From: Tubiluchus corallicola
Lineage: Eukaryota > Animalia > Priapulida
Direction of reading: 5' to 3'
NCBI GenBank assembly: GCA_030141605.1
Contig: JAQGDQ010000008.1
Location: 1,364,001 to 1,428,000, forward strand
Length of the DNA: 64,000 nucleotides
Shown: one piece after another, positions 14,401 through 26,274 of the stretch
Layout: every line of letters starts with the position of its first letter
Numbering within the stretch: the stretch's first letter is position 1
Notes under the pieces: model-generated
Database searches by the model: none
Seen by the model: the letters and a program-made list of their open reading frames with translations, nothing else
What the model was told of the DNA's origin: nothing
Program-made: the position numbers and the translations under genes

Positions 14401-15570
14401 ATACTTTTCTACTAACTCTGTTCCATCAGTGTTTTCTTATTGTGTTATCTTTGTATGAAATGTACTACATATGTACGAAATCACTGGTATATATTTATCT
14501 TCACTGAGACAATCTACTATTTGAATCATTAATTTAACAAAACTTTACAATAGAAATTGTAATCCCAAAGGCTGAGCTATTTTACTGTGTAACAGGTGAT
14601 CTGCTTGTGTTTTTAGCATTTCATTTTGGGTTGGCAAAAAGATCTGAAGCCATTCAAGCGCACGGTTTGTTTTGACGTGTGAAGCGGCGGAGAACGTGCA
14701 CCTGTAATACTCTACCACTGTCACGGAATGCGTGGAAATCAACAGTGGAAATACTCATACGTGAGTGTAATCGTGTCACTAAATTTAAGAGACAAATGCT
14801 TCCATGAATTTCAAATGCAACGTTTTTGCCAAAAGTTATATCATTTTCCCCTATATTAGTTGTCTGAACGTGTTAAGTTACCAGAAAAGAAGTGGGGTAA
14901 TTTGAACAGTTTGCTCGAGTAATACTGAATTTATTTATTCTTTAAAAGTAGATCGTTAACAAACTTTAAAAGGTTTTTAAACAAGATTGGGTAAGACTGG
15001 CTTAGCTCTCATCCGAAATCAATTCACAAGTCATTTTCCCTCAAATTTCATAAAATCAAGTCGACTTAAATTTAATTATATGCATGATGTGCTTCATTGA
15101 AAAAGAAAATACAAGCACCTATAAATAACAAGGCATCTTTATTTGACCAAATGTGCCCATGATATAATCATGTGTAACCTTGATAATGTGTTTCTGGTCT
15201 TGAAGTAGAATTGTAGTTACTGTGTTTGGCTTAAATACACATGTAGGTGGTTACCTATAATTATGACATTGGTTGAGAGGCTGAAACATTAGGTTAAATA
15301 AAGAAGCCAGTCTACCTGTGGGTCTTTGTGTTTACTGTTTTGTGAAGCTTTGCTTTCCCATTCACTAATTTAATGAGCTTCACTTTATATGTTTCATATT
15401 GATTTCATCAATTTCAGCATAGCATGCAGCTTTTCCACAGTGTCACAAAGCACTGCCTGGACTCAAATCCTGAAATGCATGAAGTGTTCATGAGCGAGTG
15501 TGATAAACAATCACCTACACAGAAATGGCAGTTCGAGTTTTTCAATGTAACAGCACTTGATGCTTATTAG
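11476..15570 (+). pseudogene. GALNT10: GALNT10-like polypeptide N-acetylgalactosaminyltransferase pseudogene, 3' exons only (11476-11610, 12504-12614, 14617-14760, 15418-15570)
   Basis: Exons with canonical AG/GT ends encode IWQCRGEMVGAPCSRVG / FKWFMEEIAFDQPKKYPPKEPPDF.(A)TGE | IRNPVSNLCIDT...GGEQ | HFILGWQKDLKP..TVCFDV*...ILYHCHGMRGNQQWKY | ...HCLDSNPEMHEVFMSECDKQSPTQKWQF*. This is the end of the catalytic domain plus the ricin-B lectin domain. Lesions: internal deletion at 11525/11526, an extra T at about 11595-11598, and an in-frame TGA at 14680-14682. Confidence 0.9.
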
Positions 15571-15934
15571 CTGCCCGTTTCGCTCTTTTGTAATTTTCCA
15601 ATTTGAATACAGTGTCCTCACTTATCTGCATGTCTTGAGACTGAACCTTGTCCGGCTGACTCTAATTTGTTAAAAGTCACATAATTCAGGTACTTAATTG
15701 AATTGTAGGCATCGGAAGTAATTATTTTCCGATGTGAACACAGTATGTTCTCACTAATCCAGTTGTCTTTAGACCAAGCCTTTGTCAGACAAGTGAAATA
15801 TTCGGATGACTGAAATACGTTAACTAGCATGAAATACAAGTACTTAATTTGTATTTTCAAATACGAAGTTCATATTGTCTCATTATATTTATAATAATTT
15901 TACCCATTAGTATTACAGAGTGAACGAAATCCAT
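13248..15934 (-). pseudogene. Antisense, interleaved secreted cystine-knot (PDGF/VEGF-like) precursor pseudogene; exons 15934-15904 (tentative), 15823-15622, 14464-13999, 13301-13248
   Basis: Phase-compatible GT-AG junctions (AA|gtgagg..atgtag|T; CAG|gtaagc..cttgtttag|ATG). The spliced C-terminus is RR-FGY...CSAVTEYLYTDVEEGVTLLERRCRGKCAIFCQLHKSFKQ|MNFTIFTRHTDSGCLPH*, with a CxGxC motif and an H-x2-(C>S)-x-C ending. In-frame TAA at 14439-14437. Confidence 0.6.
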
Positions 15935-16404
15935 TTTTTCTTTTTGTCCATTTATTGTACTTTGTTCTATTGTCTTTCTGTAAGGCTAGACTGCGGTGTA
16001 ACAGGAAAGAATGAGTCATACAGCAATGGTATTTCCCATTATTTTGAATTAGATTTACGTGAGAACTGTATTGGCAATCGCTACCAACATCAGATCATTT
16101 CATTATGAGTCAGGATCGCTCAGTGCATGACAGCTGACGGTGTCAAGTTACAAGCCTGCATGTACCAGCTCTTGTCACTTAATATTTGCATGGTTAAAGG
16201 GTCACTGATTTAAAAGGCTTGAAAGGTGGCATTTAAAAAATCCTGCAGTGATTGGCTTTCACAGATAAATGAGGTAAAGTGCCACTAGATATTATTATTA
16301 GGGGGCAGTGGTGTCGGGGAGATTGTATAGGATGGTAAAATCCCACCCCCGACACTTTGCTGAGGCCTTCGACAGGCCCATTGCAATTATTCACTGCTAT
16401 ACGT

Positions 16405-19400
16405 CTATTGGTCGTACTCGGCAAGCCTTCCAGCTTGCTTCAGATACGCCGCTAGTTTTTTCAGGTTTAAGTTCTCTACAACTGCTCTAAGTGTTGTATT
16501 TTTATTTCCCAGACATTTGATACGAGCACCCTGGTAGGCGGTGCATCGTCCCACGTGATGGTCCGGTGTTTCGTCTTCCTGACCACATTTCGGGCCAATC
16601 GCGGATTGTGCTCGACAAATGTTTTTTTTAATGTTTTTGGAGATTACAGTGTCCGGTTAGGACCTGTATAACCATGTTGAGTTGAGTTCTACTGAGACTC
16701 AGGAGCCTATTGCAGACTCGGGCCGAGGCCCAGCCCACATGTTCCTTTGTTCTCTTGCAGTCCTCACGATTATTCCACGACGTTTCCCATCGTTTTAGAC
16801 TCCATCCCTTAATCGCGTAGACACAGCTAGCGTAAGGGACGGGCAGATAGGTTCTGGTCCCTCCGGAGAGAGCTCAGATCCCTTTTTAGCAAGTTTGTCT
16901 GCCTCTTCGTTACCATGTACTCCTTCGTGTCCAGGAATCCATGTAACCAAGACTCGGTTTCTTTTTCCAAGTATGTTCAAGTTTTCAACACAACGTAAAA
17001 CCGAGATAGATTTTACTGAATTGTTTTCAGTAGCTTTAATAGCCGCCTGGCTGTCTGACAGGATGACTATTGATTGATTCTGGAGTCCTTCCGAAGACAT
17101 TATCTCCGCCGCTTGTGAGATGGCGAAAACTTCTGCCTGGAAAACAGTACTCAATTTCCCAAGATAGAAGAACTCCTCCAATACTCTGGACTCAGTCGGA
17201 TACTCGATACGTATACCTGCACCGATCCTTCCGCCCAGTTTGGAACCATCGGTATAACACCTGACACAGTTCCTATCCATTTCGCCTTCCGATTTGATAG
17301 CGATTTCTCTTTCCTGAATCTGGCATTCGAAATTTCTTTCGAACACGCGTGTTCTTTTTCTTAAATCACCCGGCATATGCAACAGTTGGAGGTCGCGCCT
17401 ATAGCTATTGCACACATCGATATGACTTTTAGACTTACCAAAAGTTCCCACGGTCTTCGCTGTCCAGAGCCCCGCCGTATCTATACGGTATGACCCTCGG
17501 ACCGCCTCCGCTCCGACCGAATGAACTCATCTATTGGTGTGATATTCAACAACATCTCCAATGCACCGGTAGGAGTACTTGGGAACGCTGAAGAAATCAT
17601 TAAGCATGCTAATCTCTGTACTTTCTGGAGCATATTCCTGAGGTACATTTTTTCCAACCCGCTGACCCAGGACACACACGCATACGTCATGAAAGGATGC
17701 ACCATTGCCGTGTATATCCATTTCGTGATCCGCGGTTGGATACCCCACGTTTTACCAACAATTTGTCTGCATTGCATAAGTGCCGCCGTCGCCTTGTTGG
17801 TGACCCGTGTTATATGGCTCTTCCAAGTCAGTTTACTGTCTAGGGTTACTCCTAGCAGTTTCGCTTCATTGGAGAGTTGGAGCTTCTGTCCATTCATCCA
17901 GAGATCCCCAATATTTGGATTTCTCTTGTTTGTGAACATGATTACTTCGGTCTTACTACTGCTGAATTCTAGTTCAGTTTTCCTGGACCATTCAGCAGCA
18001 ATGTTAAGTACATTTTGCGCCCTCCTTCTGACCGTCGATACGTTCGCACTAGCTATTAGTACTGCCAGGTCGTCGGCATAGGCTTGTGCATAAATTCCAT
18101 TTTCTTCAAATTCCCTGAGCAGAGAGTTCAAGACACCGTTCCATAGCAAGGGAGACAGTATTCCGCCTTGGGGGTTTCCCTTTACTACTTCCCTCTTTAC
18201 CGTGGCATCACACAGCTCTACTTGGACCGTACGGCACCTTACCATGTTCTCAATCCAGCGGATAAGAACTGGCGATACCTCAAGTTCAAGCAATGCGGCA
18301 GATATGCTATTAAAAGAAACGTTATCGAATGCCCCAACAATATCCAAAAAGACACCTAGTGAGAGCTTCTTTTTAGCAAGACTACGTTCAATACGCTGTA
18401 CATACTCGTGCAGAGCAGTTTCCGTGGAAACGCCTGCGCGGAAGCCATACTGCACATTGGATAGTCTTGCTTGTAATTCAGTATCTTCGTTCAATTGACA
18501 GAGGACTATTCTCTCCAACCATTTCAGTTGAAATGACGTTAATGTTATCATCCGGAAAGACTTGACTTCTAAATAGCTATTCTTTCCGGGTTTCGGCAAA
18601 AATACTCCTTTCCCTTCCTTCCAGGATCTCGGTACATAACCATACCTGAGACATGTCTGGAAAAGCATGAGGTAGTGTTTTTTAATGTATTTCCATCCTT
18701 TCTGCAACAGGACTGGATATATACCATCCGGTCCCGGAGCCTTGAAAGGTTGGAATTCAAACAGTGCCGCTTTCACTCGTTCTTCCGAGCAAATGGAAGC
18801 GATGAATTCCTCATCCACGGTCGCGCAAACAGGCAAGTCCGTGGATGTGTCTGGTTCCGTTACTCGACTCCCTGGTGATAGGGTGTCGAGGAGCCGGTTT
18901 AAAGTTTCCTCCGGTGAACTGGTTAATTTACCGTCTTCTTTATACACACAGCTTAACTGCGCTGCTTTATTTCGGCGGAGGACCTTTACCAACCTAGCAG
19001 TTGGTGCCTGATCTTCCATCTTTTCCGTGAAACTCCGCCAGGATTGGCGTTTCGCCTTCCGGACGGCGTTTTTGAATATAGACTGGGTTAGCTTTCTTGT
19101 TTCCCAGTCTCGTTGATTTTTAGTCTTAGTGGCTCTCCTGCAAGCCCTGCGCGCCTCCTTGCGGAGACGGCTTAGCTCCGGATTCCACCATTTGTTCCCA
19201 TCCTTCTTCCTCTGCCTACGTAATGGGCAAGCAGTTTCATAAGAATGAATAACAGCAGCCTGAACTTCATCAGCCAAATCCTCAATATCCTCATTGGAGG
19301 ACACCTTGTATTCCCGGTTCAGTTCTGGAAGTTTATGCTCAAGTTCTTCCGCATACTTTTCCCAGCAAGTACGGCGGATGTTCCTGATGAGTGGGTTTTC

Positions 19401-20202
19401 TTTTGAAATACTGCTTTTCACCAGGAATCTTATATACATGTGGTCCGACAGCGATGGCACGTCACTGACATACCAATCGCGTACTATGTCCCCTGCATGC
19501 AGATTCCTCAGTGTCAAGTCTAGCACCTCTTCTCTTGCTTTTGTGCGGAACGTTGGTTTATGGCCAACATTACAGAACTCAAGATTAGCACTTGCACAAT
19601 ACTTCAAGAGTTCCTCACCCCTGTCGTTGACATCGGTGGAACCCCATAACGTATGATGCGCATTAGCATCAGTCCCCACAATAATTGGAGTTTTATCGCC
19701 GTCCCCGAATGATATCAGTTCCCTGAGTAACATAGGGGGAGCCGGTTGATCATGCACCATGTATGCCGAGGCGAAAATGAACTCATCTCCATCCCGGCAC
19801 ACATTTTTTGCTTTAACCACCACAATGTCTGTATTCGAGAACACTGGAAGTAAAAAGCATTTTAGGTTAGGAGTGGCATAAATGCACGCCCGAGGCCTTT
19901 CTCCATTCCGGTTTCCCTGGAAACCGTCCTCGGAGTTTACCCCTAACTTCCCCACCGTGCGTCCAGGGTTCCTGTACAAAGACTAACCCGGTACGTATGT
20001 GTTTTACAACATCCTGCAAGTTGTAACTCGCAGCTTTGCTTTTGTGAAGATTGATTTGCCAGCACTCAATACCAGAGACACTTTGTGCTGGCTTCTCACC
20101 TATTTTATCCAAATTGTCCCCGGAAATAACATTCAATCTACCGTGGGTATTTCCACTGAAGACTGTCTGCGGCCGGGATTTTACTTTAGCCCCTGTTCCC
20201 AT
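16405..20202 (-). pseudogene. LINE ORF2: AP endonuclease, reverse transcriptase, RNase H, zinc knuckle (frameshifted)
   Basis: APE: WQINLHKS, VQEPW, GTDANAHH.LWGS, LDLTL, SDH. RT: KAPGPDG, QYGFR, FLDIVGAFD, GNPQGGILSP, YADD. RNase H: YTDGSK, FQAEVFAI, SDSQAA, WIPGHEGVHGNEEADKLAK. Then LTGHCNL..(C>G)PKC...HHVGRC to TAG at 16407-16405. Frameshifts at about 19930, 17500 and 16850, and a stop at about 16630. Confidence 0.92.
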
Positions 20203-20214
20203 ACTTTTCTGTAT

Positions 20215-21629
20215 TTACGTTTCCATACTGGACTCAGGTGCCTTCATCTGCGATTGCTCGACAGACGGCAGCTCCTTTGTTCCAGTGGCAACGTCGGGGG
20301 TTTTTCCACCCTCGGTACTCACTTCTGGACCCTTATCCACCGTTTGAACAGGTGTTTCCGGTTCCTTGGCTTTCCCTTGGTTTTCCTTTTTCTTTTTGGA
20401 CTGGAACGTGACTCGTTTGCATCCGGCGTACGGAGCAAACTCCTGTCGTTCCAGACCTGACAGGGACGGTTCCCAGACCGCTACTACGTGTAGCATTCCG
20501 CCGACCCCTTTTGACCCACCGCGGACCTCCATGTGCTTCCGTTGGAGTTCCGAATTACATCGGTCCACCAACGTCAGCAGATCCTCGATTTTGATGTCAT
20601 CCTCATCCGGAATCCAAACCCCGAAGGTCCTTGCTGGCGGAAGATCTTTCGGTCCTCTCGCCTCGTACCCCGGGTGGCCCACAGATGGGTTTTCAATGTC
20701 CAGGACAAGCTGTTTTGCCCAGTCCAGGGTTTTCTCGTCCTTGCACACGACATGGACTTTACCTTCATGTAGGTAGGTCCTCTCAATGCGGACAAGAAAC
20801 CCCGGATCCGTTCTGAGAAGGACACGGTTGATCCCCGACTGTATTGCCCGTAAATCCGAGCCGTCCAGAGGGTCTTCTCCCGCATCCTTTTTTGTAATTT
20901 TAAGGTGTTGGTCGCCGGACTTCACAGCCTTGGCATATGAGGCCTTACTGCGGCCTCACCCTTTTGACCTTCCTCTCCCTTACGCCCCGCTTGCCCGGAG
21001 TCACCCCGGGGTCGCTTCACGTTCGAGATCGGACTTGGAGTTGAGAGAGCGCTGCTCGTTCTCTTTTTCACCACCGATGGGTTAGGAGTGGGAGCCTCCT
21101 CCTGATTGGCGATTGACATAGCCGACACACCTTTCAGAAGTCGTCTCTTTTCCTTCTTCCGCCGGTTTTTTTCATGATTTTTCCCCATCGGTTTCGATTC
21201 CTCGGGCTTGCTGGGCTCATTTGGAGCACCAGGATTCCGGGTATCTACTCCTTCTGGGGCAGGTACGGTGTTCAGAGTACACTCTGACGATGCCGAACCT
21301 TTACTGGTCTTTGTAGTCCATGGATTCCGTTTTTCAGAGACTTGCATGTCCTCAGTTTTCGTTTCTTCCAAGAACTCCGTAATTTTCGGCTGTTCTGGTT
21401 TCAAATTTGGTTCACGGGAAGATCCGGCTTTCACCGGCTTGTTCCCTGCAGCTTCGTTTAGATTTTGATGACGGGAAGATCCGGCTTTCACCGGCTTGTT
21501 CCCAGCAGGTTTTAATTTTGTTAGGGTAGTGAGCCGTGCTGGGCTCGATTTTTCTTTCTTGTACATTTCATTAGTTTTGTGGTTTTTTAAAACGGGTAAA
21601 CTCCAACCCAGGAGCCGACTGGCACTCAC
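20215..21629 (-). pseudogene. LINE ORF1 (gag-like), interrupted at about 20960-20980
   Basis: Basic, low-complexity N-terminus with a 60-bp tandem duplication (AGNKPVKAGSSR x2). After a frameshift and a TGA it continues SYAKAVK into a globular domain (...VCKDEKTLDWAK...VWIP) like those of LOA ORF1 proteins. It lies directly upstream of ORF2. Confidence 0.8.
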
Positions 21630-22077
21630 CAGCCCCCTCCGAACGGAAGAGATCAGGGACCTAGTACTGACGGACTTGTCAACGAACGGTGGCCTCGGGA
21701 ATGCCCCCCCCCATGCACGCGCAGGCCCCTATCCAGTCGCCAACTGGAGCTACGAGTGCGAGGAGATTTTCACGAGTTGACGGAGGCAGCCCTCCCAGGT
21801 GGCTAGACCAGGAGCGGGCCTCTAGAACTACCTCGTGGCCGCGGCACGGAGCGCGTTTTAGACCTGTACCCTCCTTCATGATGAGATTCCGTCATAGGTT
21901 CCTTCCCTCCCCCGCCTTTAGAGACAAGGTTCATGACAGCCGGTGGCCTTTGGAGGACAGACTCAGATTACGGAATGGGGAAGACTACGGAGAAAACAGG
22001 CTTCTCGCTTTCGCTTGTTCCTGAGTTCCTAATTCTCCCACCATGCCCCATCCTTGTTCATTCCCCAGCAGCTAGGG

Positions 22078-22168
22078 TGTTCCTAGTCAGCCAGAATCAT
22101 TTGATAACCCTCGGGCCCATCATCTGTTGCCCGCACGACACCACGTGGAGGTCAGGAACATGCCGCGC
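22078..22168 (-). ncRNA. HDV-like self-cleaving ribozyme at the 5' end of the LINE
   Basis: Minus strand reads GCGCGGC A UGUUCCUG ACC UCCACGU GGU GUCGUGC GG GCAACAGA..UCUGG CUGAC UAGGAACA. P1 is GCGCGGC/GUCGUGC, P2 is UGUUCCUG/UAGGAACA, P3 is ACC/GGU, L3 is UCCACGU, P1.1 is CC/GG. A P4 hairpin and a J4/2 C-U-G-A with the catalytic C are present. Confidence 0.88.
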
Positions 22169-25100
22169 AACTTGATAAGTGAGATCATACTGGAGTGCAT
22201 TTTTCATTACTTATTTATGATATTGGACGTTTTTGTCAATTTATTACACACAGTAAATGTAGTATGAAATTGTCAACATATGTTGCGTGTAATATAATAT
22301 TTTTTACCATTACTTTTTATGCAATTAAAATCGATTTCTTGATACAAATGGAATGCCATTTAAATCTACCGCTGTATTAGCATGAATTTCACAAACATGA
22401 TGCAGTAGATAACTGTTGCCAACCGTTAGTTGGTGTGACTCACAATAATTTGGAAATACAAGGTGAAAATATTACCTGATTGATTGAATGTGAGTTTGGT
22501 CACTTCTCAAATCTGGCTCACTTAACTGCAGTTAAAAGTTGCATGATTTTTAAGGTGATAGCTTATTTAAGCTTTTCTTAGAAAAATAGAGACTTTTTGA
22601 AGGACCTTAGTAAATGCTTGTTAATCACACGTACATTGGACCTGTATTTGTAATGACTTGAACAGAAGTGAGCATATTTCAGTATTATGTCAATACCTGC
22701 TTCTGTTGAATACTAATATTGTTCTTAATTTAATTTTATTAGTCTTTCACTAAATGATGATATGCACCACTTTGTTCTGTCCCCTGCAAAACGTCATGCA
22801 CCCAGTATCTGTGCTTCCTTCTTCGTTTAACACTACAATAACAAGCTAATGCCAAGGCTGTAATTATCACACATTCGAGAGAGGCATAGTTTCCACAAAA
22901 TATTACTTACAATTTTCACAAACAGTGACCAGAAATGGCAGAAAGAGCACCGTGAGCTTTTTTAATCTCATGTTAACAAGTCCGTCTTACATCAATGTTT
23001 TTGTGGAGAAATGCTATTAATTTACCAGTACGGGAATTCTGATTTTTTTCTTGAAAGTGGAACGTTTAATGCTGTTTTATTGTAGATAGTAGTAATTTTA
23101 ATTAACCACCACATTCTTACTACTACAGTCTTCTTAAGTTATGCAGTCTCACTAGCTGGAAGTTGTTAAATAGATTTGTGGTGCTTGTACATTGTTGGGA
23201 AAATTAAAATTATATTTTTAGTTAGTCCAGTTTCTCACTATTTAAGAATTTTATAAAATGCTCGTATTTTCTTATACTTAATTAAGCAGATTCCAGTTTT
23301 AATGGTTTTTTGCATAAAAATGATAGTGCCTTGATTAGCTATTTTAATTATTAAACTTGCAGCCCTGATTCTGTGTTTTTGGGTTATTCTATGAAGTAAC
23401 TCTGCGAAATAACTTTATAAAGAGGTCTGATTCTCTGTGACGTTGTTGTCGTTTTCCTTCTTTGCTATTCTTCATGTAGTAATTTTTTATGTTTTTAATA
23501 TTGTGACGTCACAATAGACTTCTCTCACAAAATTCTAAAATTTGATGAAACAAAGAAATGGACTTCTTGACAATGGTAAATAGTGTTCTAAATGAGATAT
23601 GCAGGCAGCTGGGCGAAGAAACTCGATTACCCAATACTTTGCATTCCCAACTAGTTAAATAGAAGCAGAGATGATGACTGTTTATTGTTATACTTTTATA
23701 TCATATCTGTTAAAGTAATTTGATGCATGTACTTATGACTTAAAATGGCCTTAAGAGGTCCCCGAGTTTTTGATTATCAAATTGTTTTGATATTATAGCT
23801 ACTCTATGCGAATTCTTTATGGCAACGACATGATATATATGCAACAATTATTGTTATGTTAGTATTCGTTTGTATATTTTGAAACTGTTTTTGTGTCAAC
23901 AATTTTAATTCATAATTGTAATGGTTGGGATGAAACTTCTATGCACTTTTGAGAAAAATAAAAGATTCCAATAAAAGCTTTTTGCTTTAGAAGTTTTTTA
24001 TTTAAGAATTCTAATTAAACACCTTTATATTTAACTTTCATGGAAAAGTAAACAGCATATAACAAATAAATAAGAAGACACCACAGATCTGAGAAACACG
24101 ACCAAACGAAAGCAATGATTTAGTTGCATGTATTAAGAAGATACAATAGTGAAAACACTGCTAATTTGACCATGCAAAAGAATGCATTTGACAATAGCAC
24201 ATGTGAAAATAACTACACATTCTTGGAAGTTGCCTATAAAGTGCTTTATATTTTTGAATTTATCAAGTAAATTCCTTTTTTGCCTTGATGCTGATCACTT
24301 AGCTGAATAGTTGCTATTCTGCCATGTGAAGACTAATTAGGTTTAGATATTAGCTGCTTGGCAGGTATACACGTCTTCAAGTTTTCAAACTCGTGGACGT
24401 TTCCATCTGTTAACTCAATTTGAAACTACAATCAGCTAACACTACTCCAGATCTTTTAAACACTAACCTTACCAAGAAAAGGTATGGTATAATAGTTAGT
24501 TATGAAGATCTTCAATACTGAAAGCCTACTTACAAGTTTACGGTAATTGAAATATGAACGAGTTACAAGTTCATGGTAACTGAAATATGGATAAGTGAAT
24601 TACTGTTCGCAGAAAATGCTTCTGTTTTCAAATGTTAAGGTGTAGCAATATAAGGAAAGACTTGAAGATAACATTTGTTAAATTATCAGGTAAATATGAT
24701 CAGATAATTAAGACCACGATAATATGGACAATGATATTTAAATATCTTTTTTATGACTAAAACGGCGGTGGGCTACTAAAGCTGCTGGGCACACAATTTG
24801 ACCTTATGGAATGCAGCTCTGTGTCACATTAATTGTAAAGTTGCTTTGTTCAGCAGTTTTTAGAGCAGTTAGTCGATCCCATATAATCTCTCTTACACAG
24901 AAAAGTTAAAAGTGACGAACATTTACATGTCATATGAACTAATAATAACTTGGCCATTAGTCCAATATTTATATTTCTGCCGATCATCAAAATTTCCCAG
25001 AGCTATATTCATCTGGAAACTCAAACTGGTATTGTCCTATTCCAGGCACAAGAGGTAGCATACCCGAATTCGGGATAATATTCCACGAAAGTGTCAGGGT

Positions 25101-26274
25101 GATGTTCTTATTGCCTCTGCAAAAGTAAATGAGTGAAATTACATAACTATCATATTTTAAACCTGTTTGCTGTGTACGTAATTATGAACAGAATGTCCCT
25201 AGGACCCTAACTGGTCATTGACTGTTATGCTCGCTTTTGCACCCTTTCAACTTTTTCTTGATATTGAGTGCAATATTCGTTTTTGCATTTACTACCTGAC
25301 AATAGCTGACAGCATGTACTAGTTTTTTTTTATTTATACATCGTTTGGCTGTAATAATTTGTAATAAATTTGTTGACCTTTTGAACTAAATAATTTTCAT
25401 TATGGGTCACAACTTTCTACTTTTGTGGTGGAAGAGCACGTAAGTCTTTTTGTAATTAATGTTGAAATTGATGGGTGATTTGCCACCTTCTGATACTGGC
25501 GATTTTGTCATTCGGAACAAATAACAACAAAATTGCATACAACAGCATTCTGACTAAATTTCTGTACTTTCCAGAAACCTGTCCGTTGAAAACACATTCG
25601 CAAATCTCGACTACAAGTAATATTTAAATGAAAATAAAAATGTTCAGCTTTTGTAGCCTGTAAACACGAAGTCAGTTTCATAACAGCTAATTAAAAGCTG
25701 ACCTCTATAAGAAAAACCAACCCTTAACAACATTCATTGTGTTTGGTTTAAACATAATTTATTGAAGATGTAACATATGCTAGGTTTGAAACAGACAGTT
25801 TTACAACTGATATATGTTCTCCCCTAGTGGGAGAAATTCATTGTATTTAATATACACATAAAAATACTGATATTACCACGTAATATATGTGCATAAAATG
25901 CCTGCACAAGAATGCAAAAGACATTTAAATCATTCATATCTTGCGTCAAACAACCCTAACTGGCAGCAGTTGTATTTTGTCACATTATCACCGGTAACTG
26001 GTTTTCATTACATTGTTGGCAACAGGATTATTTCATCAAATAGTATTAATAATCTCTTGTTTAACGTTTTGTATTTTCAGTAGTTGATAATTGTAACTAT
26101 TGCTGCAAAAAAGTTTGCTCAAGCATCTGGTGGGATAATGTATTTCTGTTATGCAGTAACTGGATGACGGCATATTTTGTTCAAAATAAATGTGCCCAAC
26201 CATGAAGCGATCGCGGCATTAAATTGCTTTTACTAATTACACAATTTCTGTAATACAATAGGCAAATAGTAGTA

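Larger units (their letters stand above)
16290..22168 (-). mobile_element. Full-length LOA/R1-type (I-group) non-LTR retrotransposon, mildly decayed
   Basis: ORF1 (gag-like) plus ORF2 with APE, RT, RNase H and a CCHC knuckle. (TAA)n tail at 16290-16300. The 5' end coincides with an HDV-like ribozyme. Visibly GC-richer than its flanks. Confidence 0.93.

Noticed and set aside
14680-14682. Selenocysteine or read-through TGA in GALNT
   Set aside because: The position is not a conserved Cys (probably TCA>TGA), and the gene has other independent lesions.
16540-16620. Second HDV-like ribozyme on the + strand (TCCCACGTG)
   Set aside because: L3, P3 and P1 do not fit the fold. The segment is the antisense of the ORF2 zinc knuckle.
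17521-22175. Numerous + strand ORFs over the LINE
   Set aside because: Antisense shadows of GC-rich retrotransposon coding sequence, with no recognisable motifs.
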